Positions 18,686-27,377 of a DNA stretch of 64,000 nucleotides are shown piece by piece. Made by a program: the position numbers and the translations under genes. The notes under the pieces were generated by a model. That model had not been told where the DNA came from. It did not search any database and saw nothing but the letters and a program-made list of their open reading frames with translations. Every line of letters begins with the position of its first letter. Position 1 is the first letter of the stretch. Origin of the DNA: Candidatus Bathyarchaeia archaeon (GTDB lineage: Archaea; Thermoproteota; Bathyarchaeia; 40CM-2-53-6); the NCBI GenBank assembly GCA_049517415.1, contig JBEKSC010000011.1, forward strand, positions 15,151 to 79,150, written 5' to 3'.

Positions 18686-20455
18686 TTAGCTCGGATTTCG
18701 TAATCTTTCTGTTAGTTTCGAAAGTTCCTGCCACAATATGTTAGGAAATTGTTCTCCGAGAGTTTTGAAGAACCTCCAGGAGGATTCGAGTTCGTCCATC
18801 CACGCTGCGTTATTTACATGTAGCAACTCTTCGATTGTGTTTCCCGGAAGATTCATCTCGTTCAGGTTGAGCGATTCAGGGGTCGGAACGTAGCCTATCG
18901 GCGTTTCAACCGCTTCAGCTCTACCTCTACAGCGGTCGACTATCCACTTGAGAACGACGAGGTTGTGGCCATAGCCTGGCCAGAGGAATCTTCCATCTCG
19001 CCCCATTCTGAATGCATTTATCTGGAATATTTTCGGGAGGTTTTCGCTTTTTGATCGAAACGAAAGCCAATGCCTGAAGTAATCGGCGATGTGGTATCCG
19101 CAGAATGGCTTCATAGCCATGGGATCGTATCTTAGAACCCCAACCTCCCCTCCAGCGGCGGCTGTAGTTTCAACTTTAAGCATGGCGCCCATTAGGACGC
19201 CGTGTTCCCAGCTGAATGATTCGTAAACTAACGGAACAAGATCTGACCTTCTTCCGCCGAAAATTATGGCCGTTATTGGAACGCCATTCGGATTTGTGTA
19301 CTCCCGTGACAGGAACGGGTATTGATTGGTCGAAGTTGTGAACCTTGAGTTTGGATGGGCAGCGCTTCCCTTGCCGGCTGTCCATACTCTTCCTTGCCAA
19401 TCCCAAAGTTTTCTGGGATGGTCGCCCATGCCTTCCCACCATGGAGTTCCGTCCATCGCCAAAGCGACATTCGTGAAAATTGTGTTTTTCATCACTGTTT
19501 CCATTATTCGGGGGTTCGTCCTGATGTTGGTGTTGGGCGACACCGCGAAGAATCCACTCTCGGGGTTGATTGCTCTGAACCTGCCTTCGGAATCTAGGTG
19601 CATCCAAGCTATGTCGTCGCTGACCGCCCAGACCTTCCAGTCCTTCATGTATTCTGGTGGCTTGAGCATAGCGAGGTTAGTTTTGCCGCTGGTGCTGGGA
19701 AACGCCCCGGTCACATAAGTCACTGTGCCGTCTGGGTCTTCTATTCCTATGATTAGCATGTGTTCCGCCAGCCAACCTTGGTCTCTCGCCATCACGCTCG
19801 CGATCCTAAGGGAGTGGCATTTCTTGCTGAGGAGGGCGTTTCCTCCATAATTCGAGTTCAAACTCATTATGAGTTTCTTATCCGGGAAATGACAAATGTA
19901 CCTTTTATTGGGATCCAACTGGCCGGTTGAATGTATGCCCTTCATAAATTCGCCGTCCTTGATGTGCTCTAACGCAACTTTGCCGACTTTCGTCATAATT
20001 TCCATATTCGCAGCGACGTAGCAACTATCGGTGAGTTCGATTCCGACTTGAGAATAAGGCGAACCTACGGGTCCCAGCAGGTATGGGATAACATACATTG
20101 TTCGCCCTATCATGCATCCGTCAAGAAGCTTCAGTAACTTTGCTTCTCCTTCATCAGAAGACATCCAATTATTTGTGGGGCCCACGTCCTCTCTGTTCTT
20201 TGTGCAGATGAAGGTCGCTTCTTCGGTTCTGGCCACGTCGTTCGGGTTGCTTCTATGCAGATAGCAGTTGGGGTATTTTTCTTGGTTGAGCTTAATCAGT
20301 GTCCCATCTGCGGTCATCAGTTTGATAAGCGATTGAAATTCTTCATCAGACCCATCACACCAGGCTATGCCATCCGGTTTAGTTGTTTTAGCAACAGCAG
20401 CTACCCATTCCAGTAAAGGCCGCTCAATTCCATAGTTCTCGGGCCCGTGGATCAT
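18686..20455 (-). CDS. pckG: Phosphoenolpyruvate carboxykinase (GTP)
   Basis: DVARTE, YGGNALL, WLAEHM, FPSTSGKTN, DDIAW, INPESG, HPNSRF, DPMAM. Confidence 0.96.
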   Translation of the reverse strand: MIHGPENYGIERPLLEWVAAVAKTTKPDGIAWCDGSDEEFQSLIKLMTADGTLIKLNQEKYPNCYLHRSNPNDVARTEEATFICTKNREDVGPTNNWMSSDEGEAKLLKLLDGCMIGRTMYVIPYLLGPVGSPYSQVGIELTDSCYVAANMEIMTKVGKVALEHIKDGEFMKGIHSTGQLDPNKRYICHFPDKKLIMSLNSNYGGNALLSKKCHSLRIASVMARDQGWLAEHMLIIGIEDPDGTVTYVTGAFPSTSGKTNLAMLKPPEYMKDWKVWAVSDDIAWMHLDSEGRFRAINPESGFFAVSPNTNIRTNPRIMETVMKNTIFTNVALAMDGTPWWEGMGDHPRKLWDWQGRVWTAGKGSAAHPNSRFTTSTNQYPFLSREYTNPNGVPITAIIFGGRRSDLVPLVYESFSWEHGVLMGAMLKVETTAAAGGEVGVLRYDPMAMKPFCGYHIADYFRHWLSFRSKSENLPKIFQINAFRMGRDGRFLWPGYGHNLVVLKWIVDRCRGRAEAVETPIGYVPTPESLNLNEMNLPGNTIEELLHVNNAAWMDELESSWRFFKTLGEQFPNILWQELSKLTERLRNPS

Positions 20456-20752
20456 GACGATTCTCCCAAGTTCAATCGTATTTTCTCAAAGAGCTAACGT
20501 GAGTGACGGTGTTGCTCACTCATGGCAAGACCTAACGAACGTTGAAGTAAAAGGGTGTTTATGAGCTGAAATTATTCACCGTTGAATTGGCACTTCACAG
20601 GCTATTGGAAATCAAAGTCCTTTCCTGGGGTAGGCGAACGTTGAGCATTTCAGCAGGTTGTCGATGATGTCTCCAGACTTGACCCGAAGATGGGCCAACT
20701 CGTCAAGAAGCACTGAATGATTGGAATCATGAAAATGTCGACTTTACCCAGC

Positions 20753-21430
20753 TTATTTGCGAATCTCGCTGTTTGCTTCTTCCAGTATTGTGTATGCTCG
20801 TGGTCCGTCGGATTCATTGAGTACCAGAATAATGTCATCATAACCTAGGAATGCGTCTACGATGTTTATTCCGTTGCGGTAAAGCAGGTCAGTTATGTAC
20901 GCTGCGATTCCAGGTGACCGCTCAGCTTCCTCGGATAGATGTATTGTAATCTTCGCCGCGTTGAGTCGAGGTTTTAGGGGGTATCGACTCTTCAATGCCG
21001 CTTTCAATTTTCCATAATCATTTGCGTCGGCTATGATCTTGATGGAGCTTACAAGCGGAAAGATGTGAGGACGTTCATTCAGCTCAGAAGACAGTTCAAC
21101 TAGCCCCTTCAATTCGTTAATGAAAGCTTCTCTCTTGGGGGTGATAGTTACGTCGACCACTCCGCTGCTCAACGTCATCTTTGAATTTCTAAGTACTGAC
21201 ATTGTGGGTGGTAGCCCAAGCTTCGACTGCGCATCCGAAAACCTCTTGATGATCACAACTATAGTGTTAACGTTCACGTCTCTTTGGGTAACCCGATCCA
21301 CGGTAGGCTTGATTTTTGCTGCTAGGGCATGATAGTTGATCAGTCCCATTCGAATGTGTTGGTGGACAGCATGGTTTCGCGTTAAGAGATCCACCACGAC
21401 CTCAGAGATCGTAGGTCTTGTACCCTTCAT
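20753..21430 (-). CDS. Archaeal ACT-domain regulator-like protein
   Basis: N-terminal GLINYHALA HTH-like motif; C-terminal PGIAAY...NGINI ACT motif. Confidence 0.75.
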   Translation of the reverse strand: MKGTRPTISEVVVDLLTRNHAVHQHIRMGLINYHALAAKIKPTVDRVTQRDVNVNTIVVIIKRFSDAQSKLGLPPTMSVLRNSKMTLSSGVVDVTITPKREAFINELKGLVELSSELNERPHIFPLVSSIKIIADANDYGKLKAALKSRYPLKPRLNAAKITIHLSEEAERSPGIAAYITDLLYRNGINIVDAFLGYDDIILVLNESDGPRAYTILEEANSEIRK

Positions 21431-21549
21431 GACTCATGCCCACATCGGAGAAGTCCCAGCGCGTCGGTGAAACGAAGCCTCACTAACGGCTCCGCGACGT
21501 ATTCTTCTTGAATCGGCAGCTGAGTTCCGCGTTCGTCTACAGCTCGCAT
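21427..21549 (-). CDS. 40-aa ORF translationally coupled to ACT gene
   Basis: AAGGAG RBS, ATG at 21549, ATGA stop/start overlap. Confidence 0.4.
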   Translation of the reverse strand: MRAVDERGTQLPIQEEYVAEPLVRLRFTDALGLLRCGHES

Positions 21550-21664
21550 TTTCTTTCTCCTTTTCGGCCCATTATAGTTCGATGTTACAAATATATCTTT
21601 TGGTAACAAAGCTTATATGTATGATACAGGTATAGCTAACAGTAACAATACTTGGAGTTAGTAG

Positions 21665-22189
21665 GTGAATATAATGCAAGCAAACAAAATGTTCCCAACT
21701 TACGTGTTCGCAAAGGTCGAGCGCGACAATGTGCACCATGTGATTGAGGAATTACGAAAGTTCAACGAAATAGAGTTCTCTGCACAAGTGACCGGTCGAT
21801 ACGATATAGTCATGCGATTGAAGACTAACAATCCAGAACAAATCTACAACCTAGTCAACAAGATACGCACTATTCATGGCGTGAACGCTACCAATACTTT
21901 CACATCAAATGATGGATTCACCAACGGCCAGAAACTTGAAGGCCAAGGAGTATGGGGATTCAGCCTCCTGTCAATCAACAGACCACTACCAGAAGTCTTA
22001 CAGAAGTTGAAGAAGCTGCCAGCCCTATACGACGCATGTAGTGTTCCAGGTCAGTTCGACATCATCATGAGTTACAAGACTGCGAACTATGAGGATCTCA
22101 TGAGGACGAGCGTCGAGCAGATCGCCCAAACTGAGGGTATCTGGAGAAGCGAGACTCTATTCGCATACCAGCCTTACATTAAGGCATAA
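21665..22189 (+). CDS. Tandem Lrp/AsnC ligand-binding domain protein, no HTH
   Basis: Two repeats (VTGRYDIV, VPGQFDII) with C-terminal T/SET strands. Confidence 0.82.
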   Translation: MNIMQANKMFPTYVFAKVERDNVHHVIEELRKFNEIEFSAQVTGRYDIVMRLKTNNPEQIYNLVNKIRTIHGVNATNTFTSNDGFTNGQKLEGQGVWGFSLLSINRPLPEVLQKLKKLPALYDACSVPGQFDIIMSYKTANYEDLMRTSVEQIAQTEGIWRSETLFAYQPYIKA

Positions 22190-22305
22190 ATCTCTAGTAA
22201 CCTGGGAGGATCCGCTCCCAGTATACCTGTTTTTTCTACACTTACTTTCCGAAGATAACTGATGACACTCACTATTATTATCACAATGGCTTCAATTAGG
22301 TTCTA

Positions 22306-22572
22306 TCAACTGAGCGCTTCATCGGACTTTCTCATGTGATTTATGCGCTTTTTGGATGCTTCGTTTTGCAGTTTGGATAATTTGTCAATTTCGTCGAGCA
22401 GAACCTTGAGTTCCAGATTGTAAAGGCCGCATCTCGGGCAGCTCTCGTTGCCCTTCAGTCTTTCCCTTTGCTCAATTAGTCTGCTTACGATCCCATCATG
22501 AACTTCCAATGTGTGGTCAGCATACTTGCGCGGAATAGGTATTTCGGGCTTATGTTCTGGATTAGGATCAAC
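22306..22572 (-). CDS. Hypothetical small protein with CPRC and coiled coil (start uncertain)
   Basis: Only the 3' third of the 247-aa ORF looks protein-like; the remainder is antisense to the acidic gene and repeat. Confidence 0.45.
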   Translation of the reverse strand, partial: VDPNPEHKPEIPIPRKYADHTLEVHDGIVSRLIEQRERLKGNESCPRCGLYNLELKVLLDEIDKLSKLQNEASKKRINHMRKSDEALS

Positions 22573-22604
22573 CGCATGTCTTGTGTGTAGATGCTGGGAG
22601 CGTC

Positions 22605-22632
22605 TGGTGCGGGGGGGGAGTGGGATTCGAAC
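22605..22632 (-). repeat. tRNA-Leu-like 3' end remnant (att-like), copy 1
   Basis: Minus strand GTTCGAATCCCAC-TCCCCCCCCGC-ACCA, with C-run longer than a normal acceptor strand. Confidence 0.55.
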
Positions 22633-22742
22633 GGATGCAAGAGCCAACTCGACTTCGCCTAGTGGCAGAAGACCACAAGAAAAGGCCATTAATGATAGAG
22701 CACTCGTGAATAAGATAGAAGAATGCGGCGGAGGCGATACAT

Positions 22743-22961
22743 TTGAGTGAAGAGTCCGACGAAGAAGAGGAAAAGCAGCGTGAGGAAACGCAGGAAGAAG
22801 ATCAGCGAGAGCAGGAAGATGAGGATGAGAGTGAACGGGAAGGCGCTGATGAGAGTGCCGAAGAGGAGAGGGATGAGGATCGATTGGAGCAGGATGAAGA
22901 AGAGCGTGAACGGGAAGGGACACAGTTGAAGACCAAGAAAACCAAGAGAAACTCCCAATGA
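22743..22961 (+). CDS. Highly acidic low-complexity microprotein
   Basis: E/D-dominated 72 aa; GGAGG RBS upstream; diverged remnant of its 3' end at ~26566-26605. Confidence 0.6.
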   Translation: MSEESDEEEEKQREETQEEDQREQEDEDESEREGADESAEEERDEDRLEQDEEEREREGTQLKTKKTKRNSQ

Positions 22962-23016
22962 AACCATGATGATTCAGCAGCAGATTGGGCACATCATGGT
23001 CGGCGCGCGACCACGT
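22933..23016. repeat. Dispersed ~85-bp repeat, copy 1
   Basis: Core ATGATTCAGCAGCAGATTGGGCA shared with copies at 24.6, 26.6 and 42.5 kb. Confidence 0.85.
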
Positions 23017-23026
23017 ATGCCATGAT

Positions 23027-23223
23027 TCACTTCGCGATAAGACGTCCAATTATCGTAAGCATGATGCCCAGCACGTACCCCAACGTCGATGAGACATATC
23101 CTTTGAAATATTCATTGATTCGTATTCCTTGGTGCCAAGCGAGGCTCATGGGGATCATGAAACCGAACAGACCTAATCCGGCACCGGGTAAGTGCGGCTA
23201 TGAATATCAGCACCCTTGGGAAG
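23027..23223 (-). pseudogene. Truncated, internally deleted duplicate of membrane gene 26713-27138
   Basis: ~140 bp nearly identical to ~26732-26872, then a deletion and loss of the 5' part. Confidence 0.85.
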
Positions 23224-23382
23224 TAACGGCCAGGGCTCCAGACTCACGTTTGCATGACGGCCAAATCCACAAAGGATGCAGTAGACAGTTCCTCGAAAGG
23301 CCCTCTACCATCCCTCATACCAATCTGCGCAAAACTCTCAGGCATCTCGTCAAATAAGATATCAAATGCGTATCTTGAACCG

Positions 23383-24348
23383 TCAATCAAGCTGTGGCCG
23401 TAGCAGTGATCCCAGTTTGATAGTTTCCGCATGTGGGTTTAGTGTTCGATCCAACACTACTATTCGGTTCCGGTCGTAGCGACCCTTCGCAAGTCTCCGA
23501 AGAATAATTGACTCAGCCTTGCCACGACCAATATAGGTCCCGGCAGAGTAATGCAGACTAAATCCGATAAGGACTATGAGCGCATAATGGTAAGAAGTAG
23601 GTGCCCCTGCCGAGAGAACTTTGTAGAAGATTCCTAACAGACTAACCACTATGTTGAGACCGATAATCGATCCAAATACAGCGGTTAGAAGAGTTGAGTG
23701 AAATGGTCCTGAATTTATGCCAATAATCTTGAACCGCCTGAAATATGGAAGGGCAATCGAAGGGACCAAGCCCGAGATCACAGTGATCGCGACCAACGCC
23801 GGTGTAAGCCGGAGGGAAAATAGAACACCGATCGCACGCTGAGGAGTAGCCAAGAAGTTCAATGAATGCAGTACCAACCGCAGCGTACTGGGCCTTGTAC
23901 CTGCGGTCGTTGACGGTGTCCTTGACGGGTCAGCGCTATAGATGTCCCATCCTAGGGCAATGGACGTGAAGAACAATACTAGGGGAAGGTAGACTAAGTG
24001 AGATTTCGCTATGAGAGCCTTCCCGAGGTGCAAGAGTTTTTCTTCCTTAGGTCTGATCACTTGCTTCGTCTTAGTGAGCCGCCCAATCAATCCGGCTATG
24101 TTTAACGAGCATATGCCTCCGAGGAGTACGATTGACCCATAGCCCAGGCCTATGACCAGAAGCCCTGCTACTGACGTCAAGAGTGCAATTTCAAGTGGAT
24201 CAAGACGAACATGTGTGAGTTGGGGGATTGAAAACGTTGAAACCGCAGCGACAGAATACGCAACGAATCCTAGGATCAGCGGTGCGGCCGAATCGATAAC
24301 CGCCGTATGTTCTCTAAGTTTTCCCTTGATCTTAGTTTGTTTAACCAT
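23383..24348 (-). CDS. Multi-pass membrane protein of unknown function
   Basis: 321-aa ORF with 6-7 hydrophobic segments. Confidence 0.7.
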   Translation of the reverse strand: MVKQTKIKGKLREHTAVIDSAAPLILGFVAYSVAAVSTFSIPQLTHVRLDPLEIALLTSVAGLLVIGLGYGSIVLLGGICSLNIAGLIGRLTKTKQVIRPKEEKLLHLGKALIAKSHLVYLPLVLFFTSIALGWDIYSADPSRTPSTTAGTRPSTLRLVLHSLNFLATPQRAIGVLFSLRLTPALVAITVISGLVPSIALPYFRRFKIIGINSGPFHSTLLTAVFGSIIGLNIVVSLLGIFYKVLSAGAPTSYHYALIVLIGFSLHYSAGTYIGRGKAESIILRRLAKGRYDRNRIVVLDRTLNPHAETIKLGSLLRPQLD

Positions 24349-24580
24349 TCTCTGAGTCGTCCTGTTCTCGCGGTAGACTGGCTTCTGTAGTGTTCAAGCC
24401 CTTTTCTATTATGAGCGTTACGGCTAGGCATCCGACCAGCATGACTAGTTCGAGTGCGGCTGCGAATTCAGGAATGGGTGTCGGAGTAGCCGTTCCGTAA
24501 ATTATGGTAAGTCTTAAATTATCTTCTCTTTTTTGGACTGCGGTAATTGTATGTGTGGTATTGGTGGCGCGCGCACACAC
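24341..24580 (-). pseudogene. C-terminal fragment of a PEF-CTERM-type surface protein
   Basis: Thr/Pro linker TATPTPIPEF followed by a TM helix; no plausible N-terminus. Confidence 0.5.
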
Positions 24581-24632
24581 ACGGGAAAACCACCTAGTTC
24601 AAGTGACGATCCTCACACGGCAAGTAGTAAGT

Positions 24633-24703
24633 AGAAAGTCCCAAGAGAAAGCAGAATGATTCAGCAGCAGATTCGGCAGATGCTGGTTTGCGCCCTACCA
24701 TGT
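24633..24703. repeat. Dispersed repeat, copy 2 (left-truncated)
   Basis: GAAAGCAGAATGATTCAGCAGCAGATTCGGCAGATGCTGGT. Confidence 0.85.
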
Positions 24704-24862
24704 AACCGGCAGCAGTAACCTTGCAATGAAGTACAAACTAAGCAAGTATTTCTTCCGTATCAAAGAAGCTGAGTGTGTAGGGCGAGTTTCGATTAACGGC
24801 ATTTCTTCTTCAAACCTAACCTTTGCGGAAAGCTTACATGTATTTACTTACACATATGACTC

Positions 24863-25369
24863 ATGCAACATACACGGCACTATGAATTTGCCCTTGCTGG
24901 GGCGGTTATGGTACTCGTTGGGTGTCTTCTGCTCTTCGTTTTGCTTGGGGTCATTGGGATTTTCAGCGTTCTGCCGGGCTTGCTGGTTGGGGTTGGAATA
25001 ATATTCCTTGCGCTCGGGTTCGTTAGGCTTAGTCATCATGATACTGTTGGGAGAATGTATGTAACGTACGGTGTCGTGGCGCTCGGTATCGGTGCGATTT
25101 GGTTTGGCTGGGCGATCCAATTGATCGTCGCCCAGTATGCGTTGGCTCTATTACTGATTCTGTTCGGCGGTATCTTTCTCTTGTACTCTACTGCGACTAA
25201 CATTCCATTCCTAGGCCGGAGACAAACGACAACAACACAGACGACAACCACAACAACACAAAAACAGCAAAGGGTCTGCAGCAATTGTGGAGCCAACCTG
25301 GGACCAAAGGATGGGTTCTGTGAAAGGTGCGGTGCGACCACTGGAATTTCAGGGGTTGGCGGAAGTTGA
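24863..25369 (+). CDS. Four-TM membrane protein with Thr linker and C-terminal zinc ribbon
   Basis: CSNCG...FCERCG zinc-ribbon motif. Confidence 0.8.
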   Translation: MQHTRHYEFALAGAVMVLVGCLLLFVLLGVIGIFSVLPGLLVGVGIIFLALGFVRLSHHDTVGRMYVTYGVVALGIGAIWFGWAIQLIVAQYALALLLILFGGIFLLYSTATNIPFLGRRQTTTTQTTTTTTQKQQRVCSNCGANLGPKDGFCERCGATTGISGVGGS

Positions 25370-25609
25370 CCACGAATGCTTGCACGGCCACATTAAGGGC
25401 CCCCTAAGCCCCATAAGCAATCACTCCACTATTTGGAAAGACTCGAATCCTTCTTATTCTCTTCTGAGCGTTTCCTTCCAGCCTCTATTCGATTCGCAAC
25501 TTATGCATGCGGATGAACAGGAGTCTACTGTCGTGGACAACTCTTGAGACTATGCAAGTCTTGCATCAAGAAAAGAGAGAAGATAGGAACAGGGTTTTGC
25601 CTGTTTAGT

Positions 25610-26278
25610 CTAGGCTGTAACCGTTAGTTTGTTCTCGACCTCAGATACGCCGGGAGCACAATAGGCAGCGTATTCGGCTTCATCATAATCTGCCCAAGAG
25701 CCAACGTTGCCATGTAGAATTACCTTGCTACCTGAAATTTCAACCTGAATCTTGTCGGCATCTCGAAGCAACCTGGCATTGCGCTTAAGTGCGTCTTCGA
25801 TTCCGTTCTTCACCTCGAACGCTTTCACCGTCGGCACCGGCGGTTTAATAGTGATCCTGTTGGTGACTCCCGAAATCCCCCACAAGTGACGTACGCTATC
25901 CTCCGCATACTCTTTTTGGTGATAGTGATTCACATCGCCACTCAGAGTGATCCAACCGTTCTGCACCAACACCTTGACGCGGTCACGCGGAACCCAAACA
26001 TTCCAGTCGATAGTGTTTTTCGCCGACCGGGCAATATCTTCGTCAGTGCGCTTGTAAGCGTCAGGGAGCCTGACCTTGATCTCTTCAGTTAATCCCTTTA
26101 CGCCTGAAATCCGCCTGACAGCGCGCTCGGCAGCCCACTTCATACTGTAGGTGTCAACATAGCCGTTCAACGTAACCACTCCATCCTTGACAGCAACACC
26201 AATCTCCGCCGCATGAATCGTCGGCTCCCACTTGAGCTCAGTCATAACATCTCGTTGCAATTCTGAATCCTTCTTCAC
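25610..26278 (-). CDS. Triple BON-domain (OsmY-like) protein
   Basis: Three repeats of V.V.DG.VTL.G.V...A...GV..V.N.L; GGAGGTGA RBS. Confidence 0.9.
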   Translation of the reverse strand: MKKDSELQRDVMTELKWEPTIHAAEIGVAVKDGVVTLNGYVDTYSMKWAAERAVRRISGVKGLTEEIKVRLPDAYKRTDEDIARSAKNTIDWNVWVPRDRVKVLVQNGWITLSGDVNHYHQKEYAEDSVRHLWGISGVTNRITIKPPVPTVKAFEVKNGIEDALKRNARLLRDADKIQVEISGSKVILHGNVGSWADYDEAEYAAYCAPGVSEVENKLTVTA

Positions 26279-26490
26279 AACAATTCACCTCCCCCATCGT
26301 GATTCTAACTTCTACTTCTGCTCGGAAGTTCATTGCGCTCTTCCTCTTAACACCACTCTATAGTGCTGGTTAAAACACATTTCTTGGCTCAACAGCTTGA
26401 ATAATAGAGTTCCCGCATGAAGCAATTAATCTCTGGAAAAATCATTAGTGCTGCTCCTGGTGCGACGATTCCTTCGGGGCAGACACGCTG

Positions 26491-26565
26491 TCTTGCTTTC
26501 TGCGATCCATGCTTCCGTTCGATGCGTTCGTAGAATTCTCGCATGCGAGGGTCGTGTTGTCTTGC
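26491..26565 (-). mobile_element. IS110-family transposase C-terminal fragment
   Basis: ARQHDPRMREFYERIERKHGSQKAR resembles the IS110 C-terminal DPxLxxFYxR...GxxKA motif. Confidence 0.55.
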
Positions 26566-26617
26566 GGAAGAGCGTGAACAGAAAGGGACACGGCTGAAGG
26601 GGTAACCGCTAGTGAAG

Positions 26618-26702
26618 GTCAAGAAACCCAAGAGAACGTCCCTATGAAAGCAGAATGATTCAGGAGCAGGTTGGGCTGATGGTAGTTGGCGCGCTACTAT
26701 GT
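26618..26702. repeat. Dispersed repeat, copy 3
   Basis: GTCAAGAAACCCAAGAGAACGTCCCTATGAAAGCAGAATGATTCAGGAGCAGGTTGGGC. Confidence 0.85.
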
Positions 26703-26712
26703 GCGCTATGAT

Positions 26713-27138
26713 TTACTTTGCGATGAGGCGCCCAATTATCGTAAGCATGATGCCCAGCACGTACCCCAACGTCGATGAGACATATCCTTTGAAATATTCA
26801 TTGATTGGTATTCCTTGGTGCCAAGCGAGGCTCATGGGGATCATGAAACCGAACAGACCTAATCCGGCACCGAGCATTACCAATGGCTTTCCTATTCTTG
26901 GAACGTGCAAAATCAAGAGGCCACTTATTATGACAGAGATTCCACCAAGGGCGGCTATGAATATCAGCACCTTGAAGATCGTGGCGAGGATCGGGGACGC
27001 GTCAACTGTTGGTTGAATGTACTTCAGGATTTCCTCTAGCAAAGGCTTCATGCCGGTGGTTCCTGCGACCACAAGAAGAGCACCGCCCACAATGCACAGG
27101 ATACCGGCTGTTTTGTTCCTGGGAGTCACAACCTCCAC
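26713..27138 (-). CDS. Four-TM small membrane protein
   Basis: Gly-rich TM helices; partial duplicate at 23.0-23.2 kb. Confidence 0.78.
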   Translation of the reverse strand: MEVVTPRNKTAGILCIVGGALLVVAGTTGMKPLLEEILKYIQPTVDASPILATIFKVLIFIAALGGISVIISGLLILHVPRIGKPLVMLGAGLGLFGFMIPMSLAWHQGIPINEYFKGYVSSTLGYVLGIMLTIIGRLIAK

Positions 27139-27377
27139 TTCCCCTTAGTGTGTTTGGTCCATATCGTTTTGATGGGATACCTTTGATTCCTATGCTGCTC
27201 TTGAGCTAACAACCTGTGTTTTCGACGCTTGCAATTGAATACGAGAAAAGACGACGACCACCATCTGTGTTTCTCGAAATCGTCAGACTTTCACAACAAC
27301 ACAAGAGTACAATTGATAGAAACTCTCCAACACTTTAGTATCTAATTAGTTGTACACGGCGAATACCGGGGACGGGT

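Noticed and set aside
22975..22997. CPICC-TGA frame in the dispersed repeat as a selenoprotein
   Set aside because: Cysteines are not conserved in copy 3, the substitution pattern favours another frame, and no SECIS was recognised
22306..23049. 247-aa ORF as one protein
   Set aside because: Its 5' two-thirds is antisense to the acidic gene, the repeat and the tRNA scrap
22897..26975. Duplicated segment as a DGR template/variable repeat pair
   Set aside because: Differences are not adenine-specific (mostly synonymous C/T and G/A changes), and no reverse transcriptase is in the window
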